From: an uncultured delta proteobacterium | GTDB lineage: Bacteria > Myxococcota_A > Polyangia > Fen-1088 | Length of the DNA: 64,000 nt | Direction: 5' to 3' | Assembly (NCBI GenBank): GCA_963737265.1 | Contig: CAVTRY010000007.1 | Location: forward strand, 64,001-128,000 | Shown here: positions 52,124 through 62,540 of the stretch, piece by piece | How the letters are laid out: each line of letters starts with the position of its first letter | How positions within the stretch are numbered: the stretch's first letter is position 1 | Program-made: the position numbers and the translations under genes | The notes under the pieces: model-generated | Database searches by the model: none | The model's input: the letters and a program-made list of their open reading frames with translations, nothing else | Told to the model about the DNA's origin: nothing

Positions 52124-53227
52124 CTATTCACTCGCCGCTCGGAGGGCAGCGGCGATTTGGTCACGCCCCACCCCGCCGACGAAGACGCGCGCGATGGCGC
52201 CGTCGCGCCCGACGACGACGAGGTGGGGAATGGAATACACCCCGTAAAGTCCGCCCACCTCCTGGTCGTCCAGGACTACCGGATAGGGGGAAGGCTGGCG
52301 CTCTAAGAAGGCTCGCAGCTCGGCGCGCGAAAGCTGCGGGCCATCGCAATCGATGCCGACGAACTCGGCGCCGCGCGGATGCCATTCGCGATAGAGGACG
52401 TCCAGCGTCGGCAGCATGGCGAGGCACGGCGGGCACCAGGTGGCCCAAAAGTCGAGCAACACCACGTGGCCGCGCAGATCGCGGAGCTTCACGCTGCCAC
52501 CCGGACCGTCGGCGCGCGCCAGCGTGAAATCCGGAGCCTTGTCGGAGCGACCGAGGGGTCGCAAGAGCTCGTCGTGACGCGCGCACCATGTGCCGCTCAG
52601 AACCAGCGCGAACGCGGGCAAGGCAAGCACGAAGAACACGCCAAGTCCCGCGCCCAGGCCCGAGCCCACCGTTGGTGGCGGCGCGACGGCGACCTCGCCC
52701 TGTCCCTGACGCCGAACCAGCCACACCGACAACGCAACGAAGGTCACGACCAAGGCCCACGCCACCACCCGCGCGATTCGGCTGGCCAGCACCGGCGCGT
52801 CGCCACGGACAGCGTCGATCGCCAGAAAGCGAATCGGGCTCCACACGCAGAAGTAGGGAATGTAGCAAGCCGCTCCGAGCTCTAGCCCCAGCGACGGATC
52901 TCGGCGGCCGCGTCCCGCCAGCACGACGATGGCGAGCGCCGAGACGAGAGCCACGAACGCCGCCGTGCGCACCTCGGAGCCCACCACACCGACCAGTTGG
53001 GTGAGAGCGCCGGTCGTCGACACGCGCGAAAACGACAAGAAAGCGCGCACCAGATCGGGCAGACGAAAGGCGACAACCGCCAGCAGCACCAGATAAAGCG
53101 CATCGCGCACGCCGCCGCTCTTGCGCGCGATGATGCCCGCCAGGCCACGCTTCGGCTCTACCAACAAAAGCCCCACCCGGACCGGGAAGCGCGGCTCGGA
53201 CGGGGTTGGATGTTGCCTAGTTTCCAC
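52124..53227 (-). CDS. Multi-TM TlpA/ResA-type thiol-disulfide oxidoreductase
   Basis: About five TM helices, then APDFTL...LLDFWATWCPPC...YGVYSIP. Start uncertain. Confidence 0.85.
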   Translation of the reverse strand: METRQHPTPSEPRFPVRVGLLLVEPKRGLAGIIARKSGGVRDALYLVLLAVVAFRLPDLVRAFLSFSRVSTTGALTQLVGVVGSEVRTAAFVALVSALAIVVLAGRGRRDPSLGLELGAACYIPYFCVWSPIRFLAIDAVRGDAPVLASRIARVVAWALVVTFVALSVWLVRRQGQGEVAVAPPPTVGSGLGAGLGVFFVLALPAFALVLSGTWCARHDELLRPLGRSDKAPDFTLARADGPGGSVKLRDLRGHVVLLDFWATWCPPCLAMLPTLDVLYREWHPRGAEFVGIDCDGPQLSRAELRAFLERQPSPYPVVLDDQEVGGLYGVYSIPHLVVVGRDGAIARVFVGGVGRDQIAAALRAASE

Positions 53228-54359
53228 CGGACTTGTCGCGCGTTTGAAGTAATTTCTTGGCTGAGGTCGCCAGCGCCCCCGGCACATTTCTCGACCGCGC
53301 CAGGGACTTCAAATCGTCGGGGCGCAGGAAACTCAGCAAGCGCAAGGACGACGCCAGCGGACACTTGGGATTGTTCACCAACGCCTGCTTGACCGCGTAG
53401 TCCTTGGTGAACTCGCGGCTGTTCGAGATGAAGCGGATGACGTCGTCGCACACGGCTCGGTTCGCCGCCGCCGCCACGACCTCCATGTCGCTGATCGAAG
53501 GGGAGCGAATCACGCTCATGGCGACGAGCCGGTTGCTGTCGCGAATGAGAACGCTTCGGCAGTAGGCGTTGCCGATGGTCGCCAGGCGAATCTTCTCGAA
53601 GATCTTGAGCTCGTCGAATTTGACGAAGCTGGCACTGGTGTTCTTCTTTTTCTCGTCGGCGATTTCGGCGTGCGGGCCCTCTGCCACCGCCGCGATGTCA
53701 AGCGATGCCGGCACCAGCGCCACCGACTCGGCTTGGCCAAGCACCGCCGCGAAAACTTCGTCGGCGGCGGATGGCACGGTTGCATTCGGATCGTCGTTGA
53801 TGGCCGAGACGATTTCGGCAAACCCCGGAATCCCTTCCGGGCGCACATGGTTGCGCGCGCACAGCTCGAGCGCACGGGTTACCGAAGACATGCGGGCGTG
53901 TTTGTTGAAATAGAGAGTTTCCACGATGGCCGGGCAGCGCAGAAGGCGAACTTCGTTTTGGAAGATGATCTCCAGCCAGCGTTCGCCGAGGTTTTTGGCG
54001 AACAGGACGAAGGTTTCGTCGGCCGTGGCGGGATTGTAGAGCATCTTTTCCAGCGCCTGGTGGCGCGTGACCGGCATGTGCTCGGCGAAGAAATGCAGCA
54101 CCTGCGGCGGCAGCGCCTCGCCGAGAGGCGCCAGGATGATCTTGTCGGGCAAGCTCGCCGGCGCGGCCGCGGCGGCGCCTTTCACCCCGGCATCGGCGTC
54201 GAACGAGAGCTGGTACGCCGCGATCAAGAGCTCGGCGGGCCGCAGCGGCGCCATACCACGCACCGCCATCAATTTGGCTGGCGTGGCGCCGCGGAGCAGC
54301 GATGCCACCGCCGGCGGAAGGCGTTCCACCGGAAGCGGCTCGAGCTTCATCAATTCCAT
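53217..54359 (-). CDS. Conserved alpha-helical hypothetical protein
   Basis: 380 aa; EKIRLATIGN...LIRDSNR, ALVNNPKCP. I recall this type next to coaX in deltaproteobacteria. Confidence 0.75.
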   Translation of the reverse strand: MELMKLEPLPVERLPPAVASLLRGATPAKLMAVRGMAPLRPAELLIAAYQLSFDADAGVKGAAAAAPASLPDKIILAPLGEALPPQVLHFFAEHMPVTRHQALEKMLYNPATADETFVLFAKNLGERWLEIIFQNEVRLLRCPAIVETLYFNKHARMSSVTRALELCARNHVRPEGIPGFAEIVSAINDDPNATVPSAADEVFAAVLGQAESVALVPASLDIAAVAEGPHAEIADEKKKNTSASFVKFDELKIFEKIRLATIGNAYCRSVLIRDSNRLVAMSVIRSPSISDMEVVAAAANRAVCDDVIRFISNSREFTKDYAVKQALVNNPKCPLASSLRLLSFLRPDDLKSLARSRNVPGALATSAKKLLQTRDKSGGN

Positions 54360-54394
54360 GACACCTTCATGGCGCGGGCTTCACCCGCAATCCA

Positions 54395-54529
54395 AGGCTC
54401 CGGGCTACTGGCTCCAGGCTCCAGGCTCCGGACTCGAGCTACTCGGTCAAGAGCAGCGATCAGTTTCCTGGACCTTGCCGAACGAACCGGCACTTCAGCC
54501 TGAAGCCTGAAGCCTGAAGCCTGAAGCCT
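54395..54529. repeat. Two oppositely oriented heptamer tandem arrays
   Basis: About five (AGGCTCC)-like units at 54395-54429 and (AGCCTGA)4+ at 54497-54529. Confidence 0.8.
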
Positions 54530-54556
54530 CATGACACGACCGCCGAAGAACTCATG

Positions 54557-54586
54557 GCGCCACGCGAAACATCTCGGAGGTAGTAG
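54557..54586 (-). repeat. Dispersed 30-bp repeat (copy 2)
   Basis: 28/30 identical to 4440-4469. Confidence 0.65.
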
Positions 54587-54611
54587 ATCAGGTTTGTTCA
54601 AACGGCTCCGT

Positions 54612-55382
54612 CTAGGCTGCCCGGTTTCGATCATGCAGGATCTTCAGCCCGCGCAGGGTCAAAAGCTCGTCGTACTCCTCGATGGTCGTCGACTCGCGTG
54701 CCACCAGCGCGCCGAGCCCGCCCGTGGCGATCACCCGCGGCGCGTACGCGACCTCGGTGCGAATGCGATTCACCAGCGCGTCGATCATTCCGGCGTAGCC
54801 GAACACCAGGCCGGACTGAATGCTGGCCACGGTGTTGGTGCCCACCACGGCCTTGGGCCGGGCGATTTCCACCCGCGGCAGCTTGGCGGTGGCGCGATAG
54901 AGGGCATCGGCGGAAATCAGCAGGCCCGGCGTAATCACGCCGCCAGCGTACTCGCCGCGCGCGGTGACCACGTCGAGTGTCGTCGCGGTGCCAAAGTCCA
55001 CCACGATGGCGCCTTGGGGCCAGCGCACGTAGGCGGCCACAGCGTTGACGATGCGGTCGGCGCCGACGTCGCGCGGATTTTCGCACAGCACGGGCATGCC
55101 CGTCTTCATGCCCGGCCCCACCACCAGCGGCGTCAGCTTGAAGTAGCGGGCGAACAAGCGCTCCATCGGCAAAGTCGCGGGCGGCACGACCGACGAGATG
55201 ATCGCGGCGTCGACCTTGTGCATGTCGATCTTCTCGAGCTCGAATAGCCCGTGCAGCGCCGCCGCGTGCTCGTCGGCAGTGCGTTCGCTGCGGGTTTCGA
55301 CGCGCCAATCGAAGCGCAGGTTGTCGCCATCGAAGAGTCCGAACGCGGTGTGGGTGTTTCCTATGTCGACCACGATGAGCAT
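54612..55382 (-). CDS. coaX: Type III pantothenate kinase
   Basis: VDIGNT, SSVVP, VGADR, VDFGTATT, ATGG. Confidence 0.96.
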   Translation of the reverse strand: MLIVVDIGNTHTAFGLFDGDNLRFDWRVETRSERTADEHAAALHGLFELEKIDMHKVDAAIISSVVPPATLPMERLFARYFKLTPLVVGPGMKTGMPVLCENPRDVGADRIVNAVAAYVRWPQGAIVVDFGTATTLDVVTARGEYAGGVITPGLLISADALYRATAKLPRVEIARPKAVVGTNTVASIQSGLVFGYAGMIDALVNRIRTEVAYAPRVIATGGLGALVARESTTIEEYDELLTLRGLKILHDRNRAA

Positions 55383-55638
55383 GGGGCCTCGACGATAGTA
55401 CAGAAATTGGGGCAATGGTTGTCAGGACAATAGGTCAGCATTTTCCCTTGCTGGCGCCGCGTGGTATTGCATGGGCAAGGTGGCCGTGAATGCCGTGACC
55501 AGCAAACAATTCTGCGAAGTAACCGATCGCGGCGTCAACTTCGACGGCCTGGACGACGCGCGCAAACGGAAGCTCGATTCGACGAGCTCATCGCTCGCGT
55601 CGCTTTGAGGTAGACTTAGAGCTGGTTAGCGACCATTC

Positions 55639-57261
55639 ATGACGACGTCACCCTCACCCGAAGAAAGCTCCGACGAGCTTAGCGCCGTCAGTCAGCGCCT
55701 CGAATACACCTTCAATCCCGACAGCCCACGCATTCTCGTCGTCGACGACGAGCGCGTAATCCGCGAGATTCTGTCCGACTTCCTTGGCCTGGAAGGCTAC
55801 GTGGTGCGCACCGTCGAGGATGGCGTGCAGGCGCTGGAAGAGCTGCAAAAGCGCAGTTACAACCTCGTGCTTTCCGATCTGAAGATGCCCAAGATGAACG
55901 GGCTCGACCTCATTGAAAAGATTACCGAGCTCGGCATCCCGGTGCTGACCGTCATCATGACCGGCTTCGGCACCGTGGAAACCGCCATCGAGGCGATGAA
56001 GCACGGGGCGTACGACTACATCCTCAAGCCATTCAAGGTCGAAGAGGTCATCCACATCGTCAAGCGCGGCCTCGACCGCCAGCGCCTGCAGCACGAGAAC
56101 CTTCGCCTCAAGGACGCGCTTTCCATCTACAAAATCAGCGAAGCCATCGCGACCTCGCTGTCGGTGGAAAAGGTGCTCGACCTGGTGCTCGACGCCGTGC
56201 TCGACGCCGTCGACGCCGACATCGTGAACCTGCTGCTGGAACGGCCGGGCGACGTGCGCAGCGCGAGTGACGGCCCGGGCGCCTTCATCGAGCACGCGCG
56301 CAAGGTGTCGCCGCGCTTCGAGCCGAGCGAAACCGCGCCGCCGCTGAATCTTGGCGAAGTGCTGCCGCTTCTGCAGGACGACAAACCGCTGCTGGTGCAC
56401 GGTTCGCGCGCCTTCCGCTTTCTCTCCGGCCCGCCGGAAAAACGCCTGGTCAGCTTCTGTTCCATCCCGCTCAAGCTCAAGGGCCGCATCGTCGGCATGC
56501 TGAACGCCTACAGTTATTCGAAGGGCGCCAAGTTCAGCGAAGGCCAGCGCAAGATGCTCTACGTGCTCGGCAGCCGCGCCGCGGTTTCCATCGAGAACGC
56601 GCGCTTGTACGAAAGCCTGGTCGACGCCAACGAAGACCTCATCCAGGCCAACGTCTCGCTGGAAGAAAACTTCAAGCAGACCATCATCGGCTTCGCCCAC
56701 GCCCTCGAAGAATCCGACCGCTACACCCGCGGCCATTCCGAACGCGTGGCCACCTACGCGCGTCTCATCGCCGTGGGCATGCGCCTGCCGAGCGATGAAA
56801 TCGAAACCGTCGTAAAATCCGGCCTGCTGCACGACGTGGGAAAAATCGGCATTCGCAACGACCGCCTCAACAAGCCCGGCAAGCTGACCCCCGAAGAGCT
56901 GGCCATGTTCCGCTCGCACCCCGCCAAAGGCCGCCGCATCCTCGAACCCATCCCGTTCATGCGCGACATCGTGCCCGGCTGCTACTGCCACCACGAAGCG
57001 TGGGACGGCTCGGGCTATCCCCAGGGCCTGCGCGCCGACGGCATTCCCACCATCGGCCGCATCGTCGCCGTCGCCGACGCCTACGACGCCATGACCACCG
57101 ACCGCGCCTACCGCAAAGCCCTGCCCCACGTCATCGCGTGCGGCGAGATGGAGCGCTGTAGCGGCACCCAGTTCGACCCCGAAATCGTCAAGGTCTTCCT
57201 CGGCCACATCGACGACTACCGCAAGTTGGAAGTGGCCGCCAGCCGAGTGATTCCGCGCTGA
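55639..57261 (+). CDS. REC-GAF-HD-GYP response regulator / cyclic dinucleotide phosphodiesterase
   Basis: LVVDDE, SDLKMP, GAYDYILKP; GAF; YTRGHSERV, LHDVGKIG, HHEAWDGSGYP, VADAYDAMT. Confidence 0.92.
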   Translation: MTTSPSPEESSDELSAVSQRLEYTFNPDSPRILVVDDERVIREILSDFLGLEGYVVRTVEDGVQALEELQKRSYNLVLSDLKMPKMNGLDLIEKITELGIPVLTVIMTGFGTVETAIEAMKHGAYDYILKPFKVEEVIHIVKRGLDRQRLQHENLRLKDALSIYKISEAIATSLSVEKVLDLVLDAVLDAVDADIVNLLLERPGDVRSASDGPGAFIEHARKVSPRFEPSETAPPLNLGEVLPLLQDDKPLLVHGSRAFRFLSGPPEKRLVSFCSIPLKLKGRIVGMLNAYSYSKGAKFSEGQRKMLYVLGSRAAVSIENARLYESLVDANEDLIQANVSLEENFKQTIIGFAHALEESDRYTRGHSERVATYARLIAVGMRLPSDEIETVVKSGLLHDVGKIGIRNDRLNKPGKLTPEELAMFRSHPAKGRRILEPIPFMRDIVPGCYCHHEAWDGSGYPQGLRADGIPTIGRIVAVADAYDAMTTDRAYRKALPHVIACGEMERCSGTQFDPEIVKVFLGHIDDYRKLEVAASRVIPR

Positions 57262-57310
57262 TCTGGGCTTAGGCTCAGGCTGCAGGCGCTACAAGGCTAC
57301 TGGCTACGGA

Positions 57311-58144
57311 ACCAATCCCATCTCGCTGACGATAAATTCCGTGGGCACTCGGGTCTACGTCGCGAACACCAATTCCAACGACGTTTCCATCTTCACCCTT
57401 GATCCCGCAACGGGGGCGCTAAGTGCTTCGGGAACGATAGCGGCAGGGCAGTTCCCGGAGTGGATCACCCTTTCACCCGACGGAAAATTCCTGTATGTCG
57501 CGAACAGTGGTTCGAACGATGTGTCTTCGTACTCAAGACGTGTCCATAAATGGACCCGTCTTGAAGATTTTTAAACCCCACCTGCGGCCGAGCCCTTGGC
57601 TCGGCTGCTGAAGAACTGTCCAATTTTTGGACAGTTCTTCAGTCGATGCCACAACGGGTGCCCTGACGTCGATGGGCACGGTGGCGGCGGGAACGGCCCC
57701 GACCTTTGTCATCGTCCATCCCACGGGCAAATTCGCCTATACGGCGAACGCGAATGTGAACACGGTTTCTCTGTACACGCGGGATACCACCACGGGAATC
57801 CTAGTACCCGCCGTCGACATTCCCGCGGGAACCACATCGCGCTCATTGCCATCGAACCTGCCGGTCATTTCGCCTACGTTGCCGACCAAACCCAGATCAT
57901 GGCGTTTGCAATTGCTCCCGGGAGCGGACTGATGACATCGATAGGAGCACCCACGCCGGTATCGGCGGGAAGCCAACCCTATTACCTCACGGCGGATCCG
58001 GGAGGAACTCACCTGTATGTTGGGCTTGCGAACACGAATACAATCGAAGTATTCGCAATCGACGCGACAACCGGCGCCTTGTGTCCCGTGGGGGCCCCGG
58101 TCAAAGCCGAAAGCAACTCACTCCACGTCGCACTGATGCGCTAG
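57311..58144 (+). pseudogene. Lactonase-like 7-bladed beta-propeller, 5'-truncated, MITE-interrupted and frameshifted
   Basis: Repeats of P.G.F.YVAN.GSN.VS.Y.ID..TGAL over three frames; insertion at 57536 and frameshift near 57845; lower GC. Confidence 0.8.
57536..57638 (+). mobile_element. MITE-like 103-bp insertion with TCA duplication
   Basis: Ends AGACGTGTCCA / AGAACTGTCCA (reverse complement); TCA at 57533-57535 and 57639-57641. Removing it restores ...VSSYS-VDATTGAL in frame. Confidence 0.75.
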
Positions 58145-58152
58145 CAGGGACT

Positions 58153-59106
<954 letters not shown>

Positions 59107-59127
59107 TCGGCAAACCTAGCACACCGG

Positions 59128-59874
59128 TCACTCGGCCGCGGGCTTCTCCGCGGCATTTTCCTCGGCCTTCTTCTCGGCCGCGGCTTTCTTGGCGACCTTT
59201 TTCTCGAGCGCGGGCTTGTCGTCCGTAACGGCTTTGTCTTCGGCCGACTTTTCAGCGGTCGCCTTGTCCACGAGCACCTTCTTCTTGGGCGGAGCGGGCT
59301 CGACGGTGACGGCTTTCTTTTCACCGACCGGCTTTTCGACCGCCCTTTCGGCGCCGGGTTTGTCCAGCTTCCCCAACTTCAAATCCGGCGAGAGCTTGCC
59401 AACCGGCTTGGCCTTGTCGGGAAGAGCCAGCTTCAATTCGGTGCTTGGCTTCGCCACGGCGGTTTTGTCGGCTGGTTGCTCTGCCGCCTCTTCCGCGGGC
59501 GCGCTGCCGGGCTCGCTCTTTTCGGCCTTGGCCTTCTCCGCCCGCTGTTTGTCGATGTCGGTCAGGATTTTCGAATTGGCGGCTTCCTCGGCCTTCTTCG
59601 TCAGCGCGTTCTTTTCCGCGATTTTCTGCAGGCGCCGCGAATCCGACTGGCTGGACAAGTAGGCCAACGCCAGCGAGTTGGCGAAGAAGATGATGGCGCA
59701 CGTCGCGGTCAGCTTGGTCAGAAAGGTCGCGCCGCCCGACGAGCCGAACACGCTCTGGCTGCCGCCGCTGCCGAAGGCCAGCCCGATGCCGCCGCCGCGC
59801 CCCGCTTGCAGGAGCACCACCAGCATGAGAAAGACGCAAACAATAACGTGGACGACAGTTAGGAACGTGAACAC
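59128..59874 (-). CDS. secG: Preprotein translocase SecG with long Lys/Ala/Glu/Pro tail
   Basis: VVLLQAGRGGGIG.AFG.GG.QSVFGS.G...FLTKLT; GTG start overlaps the end of tpiA. Confidence 0.9.
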   Translation of the reverse strand: MFTFLTVVHVIVCVFLMLVVLLQAGRGGGIGLAFGSGGSQSVFGSSGGATFLTKLTATCAIIFFANSLALAYLSSQSDSRRLQKIAEKNALTKKAEEAANSKILTDIDKQRAEKAKAEKSEPGSAPAEEAAEQPADKTAVAKPSTELKLALPDKAKPVGKLSPDLKLGKLDKPGAERAVEKPVGEKKAVTVEPAPPKKKVLVDKATAEKSAEDKAVTDDKPALEKKVAKKAAAEKKAEENAAEKPAAE

Positions 59875-60644
59875 GCGGCAACCCCTTCTTTCACAATCTT
59901 TGCGAACGAGTCTATGGTAAGCGACGCTCCGCCCACGAGGGCGCCGTCGATGTCCTTTTCGCTCATGAGAACGGCGATATTGTCTGGCTTCACGCTGCCG
60001 CCGTAGAGAATCCGAATCTGCTGTGCGCGCGTCGCCAGACGCTTTGCGAGCTGCGCTCGGATCGATGCGTGGACCTCTTGCGCCTGCGCCGGTGTGGCCA
60101 CGCGACCCGTGCCGATGGCCCACACTGGCTCGTAGGCGATGACCGACTTCACCAGCTCGTCGTCGGTCAAGCCCTTGGTCGAACCGTCGAGCTGGCGGGC
60201 CACCACGGCCAGCGCCTGACCGGCGTCGCGTTCGGACAGGGTTTCCCCGATGCAGATGATGGGCGTAAGACCGTGGGCGAGAGCGGCCTTTGCCTTGCGC
60301 GCCACCGTCTCGTCGGTTTCGCCGAAAAACTGCCGTCGCTCGGAGTGGCCGACGATGGCGTAGCCGGCTCCGGCGTCGGCGATCTGGGCCATGGCCACCT
60401 CGCCCGTGAACGCGCCCTTGAGCTCCCAGTAACCGTCCTGCGACGCCACCCCGACGTTGCCGCCCTTGAGCTTGTCGGCCACCGTGGCGAGCGCCACAAA
60501 GCCCGGTCCCACCGCCACGTCCGCTGCCGTGACGCCGGTAACCGCATCGCGCACGCCGGTGGCCAAGGCCACGGATTCGGACACCGTACCCCACAGCTTC
60601 CAGTTGCCACAGAAAAAAGGTCGAGGAATGCGCGTATTGGACAT
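59859..60644 (-). CDS. tpiA: Triosephosphate isomerase
   Basis: [34 protein letters not shown]. Confidence 0.97.
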   Translation of the reverse strand: MSNTRIPRPFFCGNWKLWGTVSESVALATGVRDAVTGVTAADVAVGPGFVALATVADKLKGGNVGVASQDGYWELKGAFTGEVAMAQIADAGAGYAIVGHSERRQFFGETDETVARKAKAALAHGLTPIICIGETLSERDAGQALAVVARQLDGSTKGLTDDELVKSVIAYEPVWAIGTGRVATPAQAQEVHASIRAQLAKRLATRAQQIRILYGGSVKPDNIAVLMSEKDIDGALVGGASLTIDSFAKIVKEGVAACSRS

Positions 60645-60667
60645 GGCTTTCGGGACTCCTTTCTACT

Positions 60668-61852
60668 TCAGGATTCCAGGGCGGCAAGCCCCGGGAGTTT
60701 CTTACCTTCGATGAATTCGAGCGAGGCGCCTCCGCCCGTGGAAATGTGGGTGATGCTGCTGGCGACGCCGGCGCGAAGAACCGCGGCCACCGAGTCGCCT
60801 CCGCCCACGACGGTGGTGCCGCCCATGACCTGCGCCATCGCCTTGGCCACGGCTTGGGTGCCGGCCGCGAACAGTTGCGCTTCGAACACGCCCATCGGCC
60901 CGTTCCAAAAAACGGTGCGCGCACGCGCCACGATGCTGGCGATTTCCGATGCAGTTTCTGGCCCGATGTCAAACGCCGCGCTGTGGTCGGGGACGTGCAT
61001 GGCGGCCACGACAGTGCCGCTTTCTGCCTTGGCGTCCTCGGCGACCACGAGATCGCGCGGCAAAATGATCCGCGCGCCCATCGATTCGGCCTTGGCAAGG
61101 AATGCTCGCGCCAAAGGGAGCTTGCTGGATTCGACCAGCGAGCCGCCCATGCTGCCGCCCTTGGCGCACAGAAAGGTGTTGGCCATCGCACCGCCCAGGC
61201 AAACTGCGTCGGCCCGGCCGAGCAGGCTTTCGAGCAGGCCGATTTTGTCGGAAACCTTGGCGCCGCCGATGATGGCGACGAAGGGACGCGCCACCTCGCC
61301 CACCAACTTGGCGAGCTCGGTTGCTTCCCTGTCCATCAGGAAGCCCATGCCCCGGCTTGAAACATACTTGGCCATGCCGACGGTCGAGGCGTGGGCGCGG
61401 TGGGCGGTGCCGAAGGCATCATTGATATAGACGTCGGCGTAGGAGGCAAGGGCGCGCGCGAAGCTCTCGTCGTTCGCTTCTTCCCCCGGCGAAAAGCGCA
61501 GATTTTCCAGCATCGCCACGCCGCCGTCACGCAGGTCGCACACGACCTTCTTGGCGCCGTCGCCGGCCGGCTCGTCGGCCAGGACAACGTCGCGCGCGAG
61601 GGCCTCGGCGAGGTAGGCGGCCACGGGAAGAAGCGACAGCTCAGGCTTGATGCGGCCCTTGGGACGTCCGAGGTGGGACGCCAGCACCACGCGAGCCCCG
61701 CGCTCGATGGCGTGGGTGATGGTGGGCAGACTCTCGCGAATGCGGGTCGCATCGGACACACCACCGGCCGGGGTGAGCGGGACGTTGAAGTCCACGCGTA
61801 TAAACACCCTTCGACCCTGCAGATCCAAATCGGCAATCGTTTTTGCCGCCAT
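60668..61852 (-). CDS. pgk: Phosphoglycerate kinase
   Basis: RVDFNVP, SHLGRP, LENLRF, DAFGTAHRAHAS, WNGPMGVFE, HISTGGGASLE. Confidence 0.97.
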   Translation of the reverse strand: MAAKTIADLDLQGRRVFIRVDFNVPLTPAGGVSDATRIRESLPTITHAIERGARVVLASHLGRPKGRIKPELSLLPVAAYLAEALARDVVLADEPAGDGAKKVVCDLRDGGVAMLENLRFSPGEEANDESFARALASYADVYINDAFGTAHRAHASTVGMAKYVSSRGMGFLMDREATELAKLVGEVARPFVAIIGGAKVSDKIGLLESLLGRADAVCLGGAMANTFLCAKGGSMGGSLVESSKLPLARAFLAKAESMGARIILPRDLVVAEDAKAESGTVVAAMHVPDHSAAFDIGPETASEIASIVARARTVFWNGPMGVFEAQLFAAGTQAVAKAMAQVMGGTTVVGGGDSVAAVLRAGVASSITHISTGGGASLEFIEGKKLPGLAALES

Positions 61853-61928
61853 GAGAGGGTCCGCTTCTACACGGAAGGAGATGGCATTTCCAGGGTTTTG
61901 GCATAGGCGAGGCCGGCCGCGCTCTCAG

Positions 61929-61957
61929 AAAACAACAAAGGGGACCCGAAGGTCCCC
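61929..61957 (-). terminator. Intrinsic terminator
   Basis: Minus strand GGGGACC-TTCG-GGTCCCC followed by TTTGTTGTTTT. Confidence 0.8.
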
Positions 61958-61983
61958 CTGTTGATGCATCGAGAAGAGAGGAA

Positions 61984-62178
61984 TTAAGCCAGTGTTGGCT
62001 GGTCCTTGATGTCGGTCGTGACTTGCTCGATCAATTCACTGGCCAGCGCAACGATTTGCTTCGGTTCATAGCCATTCTCTCGAAGATCGCGATAGAGCGA
62101 CTTGGAAAGAATCCTAACCGCGCGCTCGCGATTGACAACTTGCGGTACGGCTTCGAGAGTAGCGAGAGCTTGTGACAT
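61984..62178 (-). CDS. Small hypothetical protein (64 aa)
   Basis: GGAGGAG RBS, own terminator, amphipathic ILSKSLYRDLRENGY...IVALASELI. Confidence 0.7.
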   Translation of the reverse strand: MSQALATLEAVPQVVNRERAVRILSKSLYRDLRENGYEPKQIVALASELIEQVTTDIKDQPTLA

Positions 62179-62540
62179 GTATCCTCCTCCCAAGAGGTTG
62201 CTCCTGGCCTAAGCAGGAGGTGTGCCAGCCGACACAGAACTGACACCTGGCTGTAACACATTGAAACCATGGGCTACGTGGACTCGCCGCATCTTGGGGC
62301 GCGAAGGCCGTTACGCACAAGCTGGGCATGGCGCGTGCATCTGAGTGGGTAGAGAGAGTCTCGCTCGTCGCCAAGTGCGTAGGTGAATTCGCAGGCGCGA
62401 CAGTGAGCGCGCGGCAAACTTAGGCGTCTGATTGCGGCAACTCGGCCAATGCGTTCGCGCGTATTTGGGATAACACGCTCATGAATACACTAATTGGCGC
62501 GCGGCCCTAGCGCGGCCGGAACCGCGATGGGCGTTCCGAG

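Noticed and set aside
55654-57207. 517-aa minus-strand ORF
   Set aside because: Antisense shadow of the HD-GYP gene.
59875-61191. 687-aa ORF suggesting a large SecG fusion
   Set aside because: The upstream part is an off-frame overlap of pgk and tpiA; SecG begins at GTG 59874.
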